A DNA stretch of 64,000 nucleotides, taken from the NCBI RefSeq assembly GCF_041146345.1, contig NW_027191405.1, forward strand, positions 310,001-374,000, given 5' to 3'. This stretch comes from Neodothiora populina (taxonomy: Eukaryota). The translations under genes and the position numbers were made by a program. Position 1 is the first letter of the stretch; the number at the start of each line of letters is the position of its first letter. Below are positions 25,079-36,014 of this stretch, piece by piece. The notes beneath the pieces were generated by a model, which saw only the letters and a list, made by a program, of their open reading frames with translations, searched no databases and was not told the origin of the DNA.

Positions 25079-25951
25079 ATGTTCGAAGTGCCGAATTCAA
25101 AAAGAGTCCGTCGAGACGAACTCGACTCGCCGTCTTCATCGCGCGCCTCCTCGCCCAACATTGATCTCCTGGACAAGTTCCGCGCAACAAGCACCAAATT
25201 CGACCTCATCGACACCGCCGCGCCCTCGTCTCTGACCCCAACCAACGGAGCAGCCGCAGCAGAACCGACAGAAGGCGAAGACGAAGACGAAGACGAAGAG
25301 CTAGCCTTCAACCTCTTCGCCCCGCCCACCACAACCGCAACCACAACCACAGCCACAGCCACAGCCCAAACCATCCGCCTGCGCAGCCCGACGCCTCTAT
25401 CACAGCAAAACCCAGGCTTCACCATCGCCTCGCGCCCAGAGTCATACTACTTCACCGGCGCGCCGACAGAGGCCCAGCGCGCCGAGTACGCGTGCGCAGC
25501 CATCGAGGGCGCAACGATCTTGCGCCTCTCTTCGCAGCGCGAGGCGCTGTGCGCCGGGTGCAAATATGAGTGGAAAGTCATACGGCTGCCTGCGCCTTCT
25601 TATGCGCCCAAAACGACGTTGGAGGAGAAGAGGCTGATGGCTGATGAGGTGGTTATAAAACGGGAGAAGGCGAAGGGTAGACTGGGGAAGAAGGCGCGGA
25701 TCAAGAAAAGAGTCAAGATGGAGAAGGCGAGGGTGAGGAAGGAGGAGAAGGGTAGATTGGATGAGGAGAAGGAGCGCGCGGAGAGGGAGAAGAGGGCGAG
25801 GAGGAATAGGGAGAAGAAGTTCAAGAAGAGGGCGAGGGACAAGGCTAAGAAGGCTGGTGGTGGTGGTGGTGAGGGAGAGGGGAACGGGGAGGGGGAGGTG
25901 GAGGGCGGGCACGGGGCGGGAGAGTCTTCTGGTGGGGATGAGTCCGAGTGA
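25079..25951 (+). CDS. Conserved fungal protein (DUF2011-like) with basic K/R-rich C-terminus
   Basis: MFEVPNSKRVRRDEL, acidic tract, FNLF, RPESYYF, RLGKKARI, EREKRARRNREKK. Confidence 0.7.
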   Translation: MFEVPNSKRVRRDELDSPSSSRASSPNIDLLDKFRATSTKFDLIDTAAPSSLTPTNGAAAAEPTEGEDEDEDEELAFNLFAPPTTTATTTTATATAQTIRLRSPTPLSQQNPGFTIASRPESYYFTGAPTEAQRAEYACAAIEGATILRLSSQREALCAGCKYEWKVIRLPAPSYAPKTTLEEKRLMADEVVIKREKAKGRLGKKARIKKRVKMEKARVRKEEKGRLDEEKERAEREKRARRNREKKFKKRARDKAKKAGGGGGEGEGNGEGEVEGGHGAGESSGGDESE

Positions 25952-26068
25952 AGAATAATGATATGACCTTGAAGCGGCACAGTGACAACGCAAGGGCATC
26001 AAATCACGACGAAAAATCCGAGGATTTGAAAGGGGAAAAAGGACAAGAATACATTTCACATTGACCGT

Positions 26069-27796
26069 CTACCTGACACCGATACCCTGCCCTGCCTGAG
26101 CCATTCTTTCCTCACTTGTCCAAGTGTCTTCGGCCCTGGTCCCAGGCGGCAACCACGAAGGCGGCGACGCCGTACTCGAGCCACGCTGTCGAGCTAGTCC
26201 CGCGCCAACACCACTGCTTGCCTTCTCCGAGACCCCATTCATGTGGTTTTGCGGAAAGCCATAGCCGCCTATACTGCCATTGCCAGCACCACCAGTGCTA
26301 GGCGACTCGACGAACCCGTCATGCTTTTTCGCGTCGCCATTGACCATGGGCAGCAGTGTGTCTCTGCTTTCTTGCACGATCCGCGCTCGCTTGTCCGCTC
26401 TCGCGGCGTCATTTGTGCGATCGTAAAGATAGAGTCCTAGAGCCGTCAGTCCAATACCAAAGGCCTGCACGCGCGTCATCGGGTTCCTGAACCAGATGAT
26501 GGCAAAAACAATTACAAAGACCCGCTTGATCAGGGACGCGACACTGTACGTCACCGGCGACACGAGACCAAGCAAGACGAAAGCAACCAGGTTTTGACCA
26601 AAGTGGAAGATGCCGTTGAAAATAAATTCGAGGGCCAGACGGCCGTGATCCAGTGCGTCCGGGCGGGTCGACAGCTCGACCGAGGCATCAGCCAGAAAGT
26701 CGCCGATGATGCCAAATCCTTCGGACCAGAGCCAGATGGGCACAGTGAATAAAAAAGCTAGGCCGGTAGAATAGCAGAGCAGGTTCAACTTGTCGGGTTT
26801 TTTGTGCTTGTGGCTCATGCCGTCTGCTTCTGCCTTTGCTGCTTCGTTGAAGAGCTTCTTCGACACGATGTTCTGCGTGACGAAAAGTAAGGCTGAACCA
26901 AAGGCGTAGACGAGCCCCAGAATGTTGCCTTTGAACGAGGCAGAGCAAGCCATGACGACTCCGAGAGTGAGAGGGACCAGACTGCCGTAAGTCGCCCACG
27001 AGTAGCGCACGTCAAAGACGAAACGATATGCCATGACAGTGATCAGAGGAGAAAGTCCCTTGATGGTGTGCACCAGCGACACGGGAATGCGTGACATGGC
27101 GTCCGAACTCAGAATGTGGCCGCCGATCTGGAAAGCGGTCAGGGGTAGAGTTGTCATTATAATCTCGCGACTCGGCTTGCGGATGCCATTGCGCAACAAG
27201 GGTACAGCATTGCCCAGAGGTCGGTAGACCCGAGCAAGCCAGGACAAGAACAAACACCAGCCACAGACAAACATGAATTGAATCAGCGTCAATGTGACTG
27301 GTTTAGAAAAGGCGATCAGAATAGCCTTGGAAGAGGTGTTGGAAAGAATGGATGTGGTGTACCAGATACCACAGAGGAATATCAGTCGAGCGGAAATGGG
27401 GGCCTTGAGAGCGTCTGCAATCTCATGCGCATTCTGGCTCATGCTGCCCTTCCGCTCACGAATTGTACGGAAAGCGTTGCTCAAGCTCTTCTGTCGTCCA
27501 TGTCTTGTGCCGGCCGGCGGTCCAGTATTGACACCTCCGGGTCCCCAGGTGCTGCTGCCATTCAGGCGATAATCACCACTTCTTCGCCCTTGCCAGCGTT
27601 CGTTGGAGTGCATGTGCGGTGGTATACCCAGCGGTCTCGGGTTCGGACTCGGCGGTCTAGGCCCATCGATTACAGCGCTGTCGTTGTGATGGTGCAGCGC
27701 ATCCTCGGCGAGATCAGGGAACTTGTACGTCGTCGGCGATGGCTGCACCGCTGATGACGCCCGTCGCTCCACCTGTGTCGATATCGTGGTAGGCAT
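26069..27796 (-). CDS. Triose-phosphate transporter family (SLC35E/Sly41-like)
   Basis: WYTTSILSNTSSK, PVTLTLIQF, FQIGGH, IPVSLVHTIKGLSP, SPVTYSVASLIKRVFVI. Confidence 0.92.
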   Translation of the reverse strand: MPTTISTQVERRASSAVQPSPTTYKFPDLAEDALHHHNDSAVIDGPRPPSPNPRPLGIPPHMHSNERWQGRRSGDYRLNGSSTWGPGGVNTGPPAGTRHGRQKSLSNAFRTIRERKGSMSQNAHEIADALKAPISARLIFLCGIWYTTSILSNTSSKAILIAFSKPVTLTLIQFMFVCGWCLFLSWLARVYRPLGNAVPLLRNGIRKPSREIIMTTLPLTAFQIGGHILSSDAMSRIPVSLVHTIKGLSPLITVMAYRFVFDVRYSWATYGSLVPLTLGVVMACSASFKGNILGLVYAFGSALLFVTQNIVSKKLFNEAAKAEADGMSHKHKKPDKLNLLCYSTGLAFLFTVPIWLWSEGFGIIGDFLADASVELSTRPDALDHGRLALEFIFNGIFHFGQNLVAFVLLGLVSPVTYSVASLIKRVFVIVFAIIWFRNPMTRVQAFGIGLTALGLYLYDRTNDAARADKRARIVQESRDTLLPMVNGDAKKHDGFVESPSTGGAGNGSIGGYGFPQNHMNGVSEKASSGVGAGLARQRGSSTASPPSWLPPGTRAEDTWTSEERMAQAGQGIGVR

Positions 27797-28523
27797 CTTT
27801 CGTTAGAGGTAGATTGAGGAGCCGGGGGAGAGGAAGGGCCGAAGAGCTGCAAAGTGTCGATCCGTTCAGGCCATGAGGGGAGGAGAAAGGTGTTGGAGTG
27901 TCTTTGACTGTGTTTCGAATCACAATAATCTATGCAGGACCGACCAGAACAGAGAAGGAGCGTCTTTTTGTAAATGGCAGGTACGTGGAGGGTCAATCCA
28001 GGGTTGTGGACAGACGTGTGTATCACCCAGGTGCTTGCGCAAAGTTGTATAACAAAGGGTCTCGAAGATAAGAAAAAGTTGCACCGGCTGTGTGATTGGT
28101 ATGGTCCCCGTCTTACATCGAAATAAACCTAATTATGTGTTGATTTCATGTGGTCAGTTGGCTTACGGTACAGGTACAGCCCTTCGACGCAGCAATACGA
28201 ACAGCGAATCCTGTCGCGTCCACTTGCTTCATGGAGACCGGGAATTGATTGCACGTTGCATGCCACTTTCGGTAGATCCCGACTTCCTTGTACAGATCAA
28301 GTGCTGTACCAGAAGCTTGTCTTGACCTCTTTCGCTTGTCACTTGCGCTACTGCAGCACAGGAGGCATGATACTGTAAGGTGACAGTATAAATAGTACCC
28401 GCAATAAATCATCATACGTATCTGGCAACTGCCTTCCTCATTGCGCCATTTAACCTACGTAGTTCCTTTGCGCTAGACAGTATATAAGTTGACTCTCGGT
28501 GCCGCCCCTCCAAATGATTCGAA

Positions 28524-31267
28524 ATGCGTCTCTCTGCACTGCTTCCTTTGCTGGGTGTTCAAGAACCATTGAACAGTAATATGGCCACCTCATCCTGCCA
28601 ACAGGAGACTGCACTGAGATTCTCGGAGAAATGGCAAGTCCTTGGCCCGTTTCAAATCGGAACCCGAGGCATGACTACGATCCCTTCGTAAATTGATAGA
28701 TGATAGTCGCTGATATACCACCTTTGTAGAAGCAACCTGGGGTGCTGATCCACTGGAGTTCTATGGAGGATTTCCAAAGCTCCAGTATAGTCTGGAGGAC
28801 ACCTACCCGAGTCCACTTGCACCCAATGCATCTGTCGGCTGGTCGGAAACCACCATTGCCTCGAGTTGTACTAGTGATACAACGCAAGTCGCGCTGAGCT
28901 TCGACTTCAGTGACATCGATTGGTCTTTCCAGCAGCGTATATATGGCTGGGCGGCTCTTCAGTATCAAGCATGGGCTCGCGGTGTTCTAACCGTCAGTGG
29001 AGATGCGCCTCGGACTCTTGTTTTCTACAGTCCAGGCCTCCTAGAGTTCTACGTGGACGGCGTGCACCACTTCGGCGGCGACTATTATGCTTACGGCAAG
29101 GTTCCGCTTGTGTTGCACCTTGAGCCTGGCGATCACATTATTGATTTGCGGCTCATCCGGGATGTAAGGTCTATGGGCGGTATCGGAGACCCTACCATCG
29201 ATGTAAGCATGTCAGCAGAGCTGTCAGACGGAAAGCTTGTGATATGTCCCGACTCTGTTCTTCTTCCCGATATGGTCAATGGCCGACTAGCAGGGAACTT
29301 GGGGTCTGTCACCGTACGGAATGATGGTCTCGAGGATGCTTTTGTGGATGGCGTGTCGGTCAACGATACTTCATATTTTGCATGGTTAGCTCGACCTTCG
29401 AGCACGCGCATTGCGCCAGGTCAAACACGACCTATCGCGTTCGTTATAACATGCCAGTCCGCCGGATGCTCTCCGTCTATCCGTATCGACATTGAATATA
29501 CCCAAGCGAGAAGTAGTTCAATGATACTGAGTGTGTCAACCAATATCGCACAAACGGATATATTTCAACCTCACAAGATCACATTCTTGAATCCTGGTGG
29601 CATGGTCTCCTACGCAATACTTCGCCCTCCGAGCTTGCAGGGAAAGTGTGCAACAGCCCCAGACGGCACGCTACCCATTTTGCTTGGTCTCCACGGCGCT
29701 GGCGTCGATGCTGCCAGCCCTATGATCAGGCACTCATTTGATCCTGTCCCTGATCTCTGTGCTTGGGCCCTATATCCTACTGGTTCGACTCTCTGGTCTG
29801 GTGATGATTGGCACACTTGGGGCTTTGCCGACGTCGAGGCTGCTATCGAGGCGCTGCCCGTCTGGACGACACTGGTAGATTGGAAAGGTCCAGGAGTTGC
29901 TGTAGATCGATGGCTCGTGGTCGGTCACTCGAACGGCGGACAAGGCACGTGGTATACCTTGACCCATCGGCCTGATAAAGTCGTCGCAGCGGCCCCCATC
30001 TCTGGGTATTCGTCCATTCAAAATTATGTTTCGTATAATTTATGGACCCCGATGGACCCCTTGGTTCGTATGCTGCTCGAGACCTCGCTAAGCGATTATA
30101 AGCATGAGTTACTGCTGCAAAATGCAGAACAGATTCCTATTATGCAACAGCATGGTTCTGTTGATGACAATGTTCCGGCGTTCCATTCACGTCTGATGAA
30201 TTGTCTTCTACGTCAGGTAAAGGCAGATTCATCCTATGTCGAACTGGAGGATAAGAACCACTGGTTCGATGGGATCATGACCACTGAGCCATTGAGAGCC
30301 TTTTACGAACAAGAGTTGGGAAGTGCGAGTTCAACCGTAATCCCACCGAGTAGTTTCAGCTTTGTGGTTGCCAATCCTGCCAATATGGGTTCGAGGCATG
30401 GACTTCGTGTCCTGCAGCTCTGCCAGCATGGCCGCCTGGGTAGGGTAGCCGCTTCCTTTGACACTGACATACCTACATGTTACATTCAAACCTCGAATGT
30501 TCTGAGTCTACACATCCCGGCTATCTATACAAGAACCCATGACATTGTACTCGATGGACAAAAGATTGATGTTGAGAATTTGCAAGGTGTAACCCTGTGG
30601 CAGACACCTGAAGAAGGGTGGAAGGTGCGAATGTCGCTTGTTGAGACATGATATGTGCTGACTATTGGGTTAGGCGATCACTCGAACTACAGGCCCAGCT
30701 ACCCGCAATGGTCGCCAACTTGGATCCATGGATGCTCTTTTGCGTACGAAGAGCGGCCTTGAGATTGTAAGAACATCTCGTTCGGCGGCGATAGACAAGG
30801 TCGCTTTACAGATCTCGCGGAACTTACACCAGTACTTTGGCTCTGACACAGATCTGGTCGACAAGTCAGGCAGCCATCAATCGGACTATGGCAACGCAGT
30901 CCGTGTCGCCCTAGGCAAAGACGTGCCAGCAACTTTTGTTAAGGACTTTCCGATCAATGTGATTCATCCTGGGATCGTATCCTTGCGTGACGCTAGTGGA
31001 AACAACAAGCTTTACAGTTCCGAGAAAGGTCTTGCGGCAATCTACCTGCGCCCCCTCAAAGACGAGCAAGTCGAATTGATGGTTTGGGGCGCGGACGATG
31101 AAGGCCTGGAGATCGCTGCTAGGTTGGTACCAATGTTGACTGGAGTCGGCCAGCCCGACTTTGTCATCGCTGATAGCAAGATGCTTTGGGGAGGAGCTGG
31201 CGCAGTGCTTGCAATGGGCTACTTTGATCATCTATGGAACGTCACCGCCGACTCGTTCCTGACATGA
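28524..31267 (+). CDS. Large alpha/beta-hydrolase (peptidase S9-like); GC-AG intron 28669-28729 and intron ~30625-30673
   Basis: LHGAG, nucleophile GHSNGG, HGSVDDNVP (Asp), NHWFDG (His); spliced N-terminus GPFQIGTR|EATWGADPLE. Confidence 0.85.
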
Positions 31268-31742
31268 TGATGAAAAATAAATAGGAGACTTAGTCCATCA
31301 TCGATTCTCAGTGCACTTTTCTTCAACCCTCCAGGAAAACCATGCTGTCGATACCCCTCATTGGCACGGTCTACGGACCCTTGATAATGCTCGCGACTTC
31401 CCTCTGAGAGTGTTTGCTGGGAGATTGCAGTCGCTTGGTTTCGTCATCAACCAGATGGTCGGGGACTGGTAGTGAGTGCTGCTTGCCTGTTTGGGAAATG
31501 AAGAACCAGCGCGTCACTCTTCCTGCAGAACACAACAGTCCTCCATCTCTTCGTGATTCTCTAAACTTCCTCCATCTACTGGAACTGATCCTTCTAATTC
31601 AACCTTTGTAAAAACCCCATTCCCTTTTACGCTTGCAGCTAGTTCCAAGCTGCCCGTAGTCAACCTTCCTTGCTCGTTATATCAACATCCCTTATCGACT
31701 CTTTTGAAGCCATTGTAAAGTCTCTATATCTCACGGAGTATC

Positions 31743-34564
31743 ATGATGGCCTCCAACAGCCTCAACGGATCCCCCACGCCACGTAAGCCCGCAAAAGAGC
31801 CTGCGCCCATCAGCTTCTGCGTCTACAACGACAGTGGCAATGAGGTTGAGCATTCTCACAGTGGTGGAGCTTCTGTACGTTCTAGACATGTCTTTATGAT
31901 GCTCAAAGACTGATTGTCCTACTAGGACAATGCCCCAATGCAGACCTATGGTGATCTTGCCAGTAGCGATTTGACCTTGCCTCTTACCACCGGTCGACTT
32001 GGCAATTACCTTCCTGGATCTTCAGCCACTGATAAGAATCTTGTCAAGGTACTCCAATGTCCAATGACAGTCTCTGAGTTTATATCTGCCATTCGATGAG
32101 CTGACATGTAGCAAAATCAGAAAATAGAAGCATCTGTTCATCCTGTTCCCATTGTTCCAGTAGTTCCGCTGCAGCTGGCGTCCGGAAACTCACCCATGGA
32201 TGCTCTTTTGGCTAGACTCACTGAGCAGCAAGGCAAACTGGCAAAGCAGAAGAACAGGCTTGACGCTCAGAACAACGATTCTACTTCTTCAAGCCCATCC
32301 TCGCCCTCTGCGTCTGAGCAGCCATCTGACCCTTACGCCGTCACCCCGCGCACGGGATCTCATCAGGAGAGCGATTCGCCACCCGATGCGGCTGAACTTC
32401 TGCGACTCAAGCAGGAGCTCACCAGTGCACAGAGCAGACTTGCTAGAATGGATCAAGAACTGTCTCAGTCTCGCATCACCAAGCATACCATGGAGCAAGC
32501 TCTCGGATCTCAGTTCGATGCCGACTACGATCACACCCGTGATCTCGGTCCTCAGCAGACCGTTGTCAACCGTGTTGACAATTGGGTCCAGCAGACAGAG
32601 CCTATCCCTCCACCGAACAAGTACGACGGACCACCTGCTCATGGAGTGTGGAATGCTAGCTTCGCCCCACCTCCCCCTGGAGCCACCGGTCAAGGTGTAC
32701 CAATGCCTTCGACCACTGGCTGGTCTCTTCCAGGCTCGGGACTTCCTCTCCACGGCCAGCTTGACTCTCGCATGGTGTGCCCCATGAACAATAACTACTT
32801 TCCAAATGGCCCTAATATGCGCCCTGCACACCCGACTTTGCGCCTAGAGACTGGCAACATGCCTCCATATCTTGGCGAGCCATCCCCAGCAGACATGTCC
32901 ATGCGCGGCAGTGGCCAGTCCAGCCGCCCTCCGTCTGCGTATGGCAGTCGCCTCCAGCCTTGGAACGCATTCAACGTCAGTAGCAATGGCTCGGATCAGA
33001 CCGGCATTACTCCTCCATTGACTCCGTTGACTCCCATGTCGTTTCAAGCCATGAATGGACCCATGGACATCATGCCTAATGTTTCTACGATGCAGGCCGG
33101 GCAGCCCGGCATACAGTCCTACCTCCAGAGACCCATTGGCACTCGTCTCTCGCCTACCGCAGCTGAGTTCCACGGCCACGGAGGTTTTGGCCGTCAGCAG
33201 CCATGGCAGGTGCAGCAGGATGTACGTTGTCCATCCTATCGTAACGGTCAGGAGCAGCGGGCTGACATGCAAGCAAAGTCGGCGTCCGAGCCCCCTGCCA
33301 GTTACATGAGCACTGCCGAGCCCATGAACTATCGTCGCCTTCTCGATCGTGACATGAGCTGCAACTGGAAGTACATTGTCGACAAGATTGTTCACAGCAA
33401 CGACCAGCAGGCGTCGATCTTCTTGCAGCAGAAGCTCAAGGTTGGCACCGGCGAGCAGAAGTTCGAAATTGTCCAGTCCATCATCGACCAGGCTTACCCC
33501 CTGATGGTCAACCGCTTTGGTAACTTTCTGGTCCAACGCTGCTTCGAACACGGAACTCCCGAGCAGGTCATCGCCATCGCACGTGCTATCCGTGGCAGCA
33601 CGCTCAACCTAAGCATGGACGCCTTTGGCTGTCACGTGGTCCAGAAGGCTTTCGACTGTGTTCCCGAGGAATACAAGGCCATCATGGTCCATGAATTGCT
33701 TCGCCGCATCCCAGAGACTGTGATCCACCGCTACGCTTGCCATGTCTGGCAGAAGCTGTTTGAGCTGCGCTGGAGCGACTCGCCTCCTCAGATCATGAAG
33801 TATGTGAATGAAGCTCTTCGCGGCATGTGGCACGAAGTTGCCTTGGGTGAGACTGGAAGTCTTGTTGTCCAGAACATCTTTGAGAACTGTCTCGAGGAAG
33901 ACAAAGTATGTCGTCTTGCCTAAAAATCTGTGCAAGAACGAAGCTAACAATAGATCAGCGTCCATGTATCAATGAGGTACTTGCTAGCATTGACGTGGTA
34001 GCGCATGGTCAATTTGGAAATTGGTGCATCCAGCACATCTGCGAGCATGGCAACCCACCTGACCGTACTCGTGCCATTGACCACGTCCTTCGCTTTGCTA
34101 CTGAATACAGCATGGACCAGTTCGCATCCAAGGTAGTTGAAAAGTGCCTCAAGATTGGTAGCCCCGACTTCCTGGACCGCTACCTCGACCGTGTCTGCGA
34201 GGCACGCCCTGATCGTCCACGCATGCCATTGATTGACAGTAGGTGACATGATTGTGCGGGAAAGTAATTTCCATTGACAGAAACAACAGTTTCGGGTGAT
34301 CAGTTTGGCAACTACCTCATTCAGTACATCCTCACCCACGCTGATCCTCAGCGTCGCGAGATTGTTGCCGCTCACATCCGCAAGCACATGGTCTCCCTCC
34401 GTGGATCCAAGTATGGATCTCGCGTGGCCATGCTATGCTGCAACCCAGCTGTTGCGACGCGCCCAGGCCCACCTGTTGGACTTCCTGCAAGCAACCGTGG
34501 TGGCTTTCGCGAAGGAGGCTACAGTAGCAACCGCAACTTCGGACCTTACAACAACTATCGTTGA
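31743..34564 (+). CDS. Pumilio/PUF RNA-binding protein (multi-exon)
   Basis: PUF repeats DQQASIFLQQ, NRFGNFLVQ, DAFGCHVVQ, HRYACHVWQ, GSLVVQ, FGNWCIQ, FASKVVE, DQFGNYLIQ; disordered N-terminus; 5' exons less certain. Confidence 0.92.
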
Positions 34565-35750
34565 TGGCCTGGAGACGACCAAAGAGTCTAGGATGTCATT
34601 GTGGTAGAAGTGTGACAAGTGCAGAAAGTTGGTCAGACATACTAATGATCAAGGCCATGGCGAGCAGGATGGATGGTCGGTTTATTTCTTCTCCCCTCAA
34701 GCTTTCGTCGCAATGTGCGATATATTATCGGATCAGCATCCTATCGTCTTATCCCATCTACAGGAGAGTGTGTCCATCTCAGCATTTCGGAAAGTTACAA
34801 ATGTCTATCGGAGCAGAGGCAAAGAATGCTTCGGCCTTGATCGTTCGTCATCATAGCCCGTTGGATCCTTTTCGGCATCGATTCAGCAGCAGAGGGAGGG
34901 TTGCACTAGCAGCACTCTGACTCTCACAAGACACTCGTTCACGTTGATAAGAACAGCGGAGGATATTACTGGAGACTATATTTTCTTTTTCTTTTCTTTT
35001 TTCATCTTTGATTTTGCTTTTTGCCGTGGAGGAAAAGGAGGGGGATGATAATGAACGATGAGTTGTCTTGTTGCAGACATTTAATGTGGGGGAAGGGCAA
35101 GGACGTGAATGCGTTGTTTTCCAGTACATTTCTCGATGGCGGCAGTCGACGATGCAAGTACAGCAGTATCATACAGTAGGTAGTTCAGCTCAGCAAATGA
35201 TCAAACCAATATTAGCACTATTATGTGGGAGGCACTGCAGAGAGAGCAATGAGTTTGCGAGACGATGGACTGGACAGTGGGTTGTCACCGGTCGGCGGAG
35301 ACGGGCTGGCAGATCACCCCATGGACTGTCGATGGTGCTCATAGCTCGTTTTCCAGTCGTCTTCCACACACATGCTCGACATGGTTGCTACGGCGAAAGT
35401 GTGTGGGGGATTTAGATGATGCACTATGCACAGACTGGGCCAAGAGGTGGATGAGGTAAGGTACCTTCCAGGTTGTGAATGGCAGGGTGGTGGAGATGGA
35501 TACGTCATGTTTCCTGTAACTGCGACAGAGGACAGAGGTATGTACCTGAGTTACTCGTACTTGGACGTTTAGTGGCTTCGGTTCGGGTGACCCTTTGACG
35601 CTTGAACCCTCTCCAGAGGGGCTGGACAGCTGCAATTCCAGTATCACGGAGACCAGCATCTAAAGGGGGTTTCTAATTGGAGTCGCTTTAGACTTTGTCT
35701 ACCGTTCCGTTCCTGTTGCTCCATACGTGGAAGCTTTGCTCTTCTTGTTC

Positions 35751-35770
35751 GCTTGCTTGCTTGCTTGCTT
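35751..35770. repeat. (GCTT)5 tetranucleotide microsatellite upstream of SEY1
   Basis: Seen directly. Confidence 0.85.
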
Positions 35771-36014
35771 TACTTGCCCAAGTACTTTGTCGCCAAATCA
35801 AGTTTTTGTCGCCAGTACCTAATTAGCGGATTCCTTGGTGAAACCAATAACCAAACCAGAAGGAACAGCAGCGTCCGCATTTGACTGGAACAGACACATC
35901 TGACCTAGAGCTACCACTATCGCTTGAACTGCTGCAATATCGACTGTATACAAGTTTAACCGACCAAAAGGCAGATTGATTGCCCATCTGGCCATTTTGC
36001 CATCATCCGTCATC

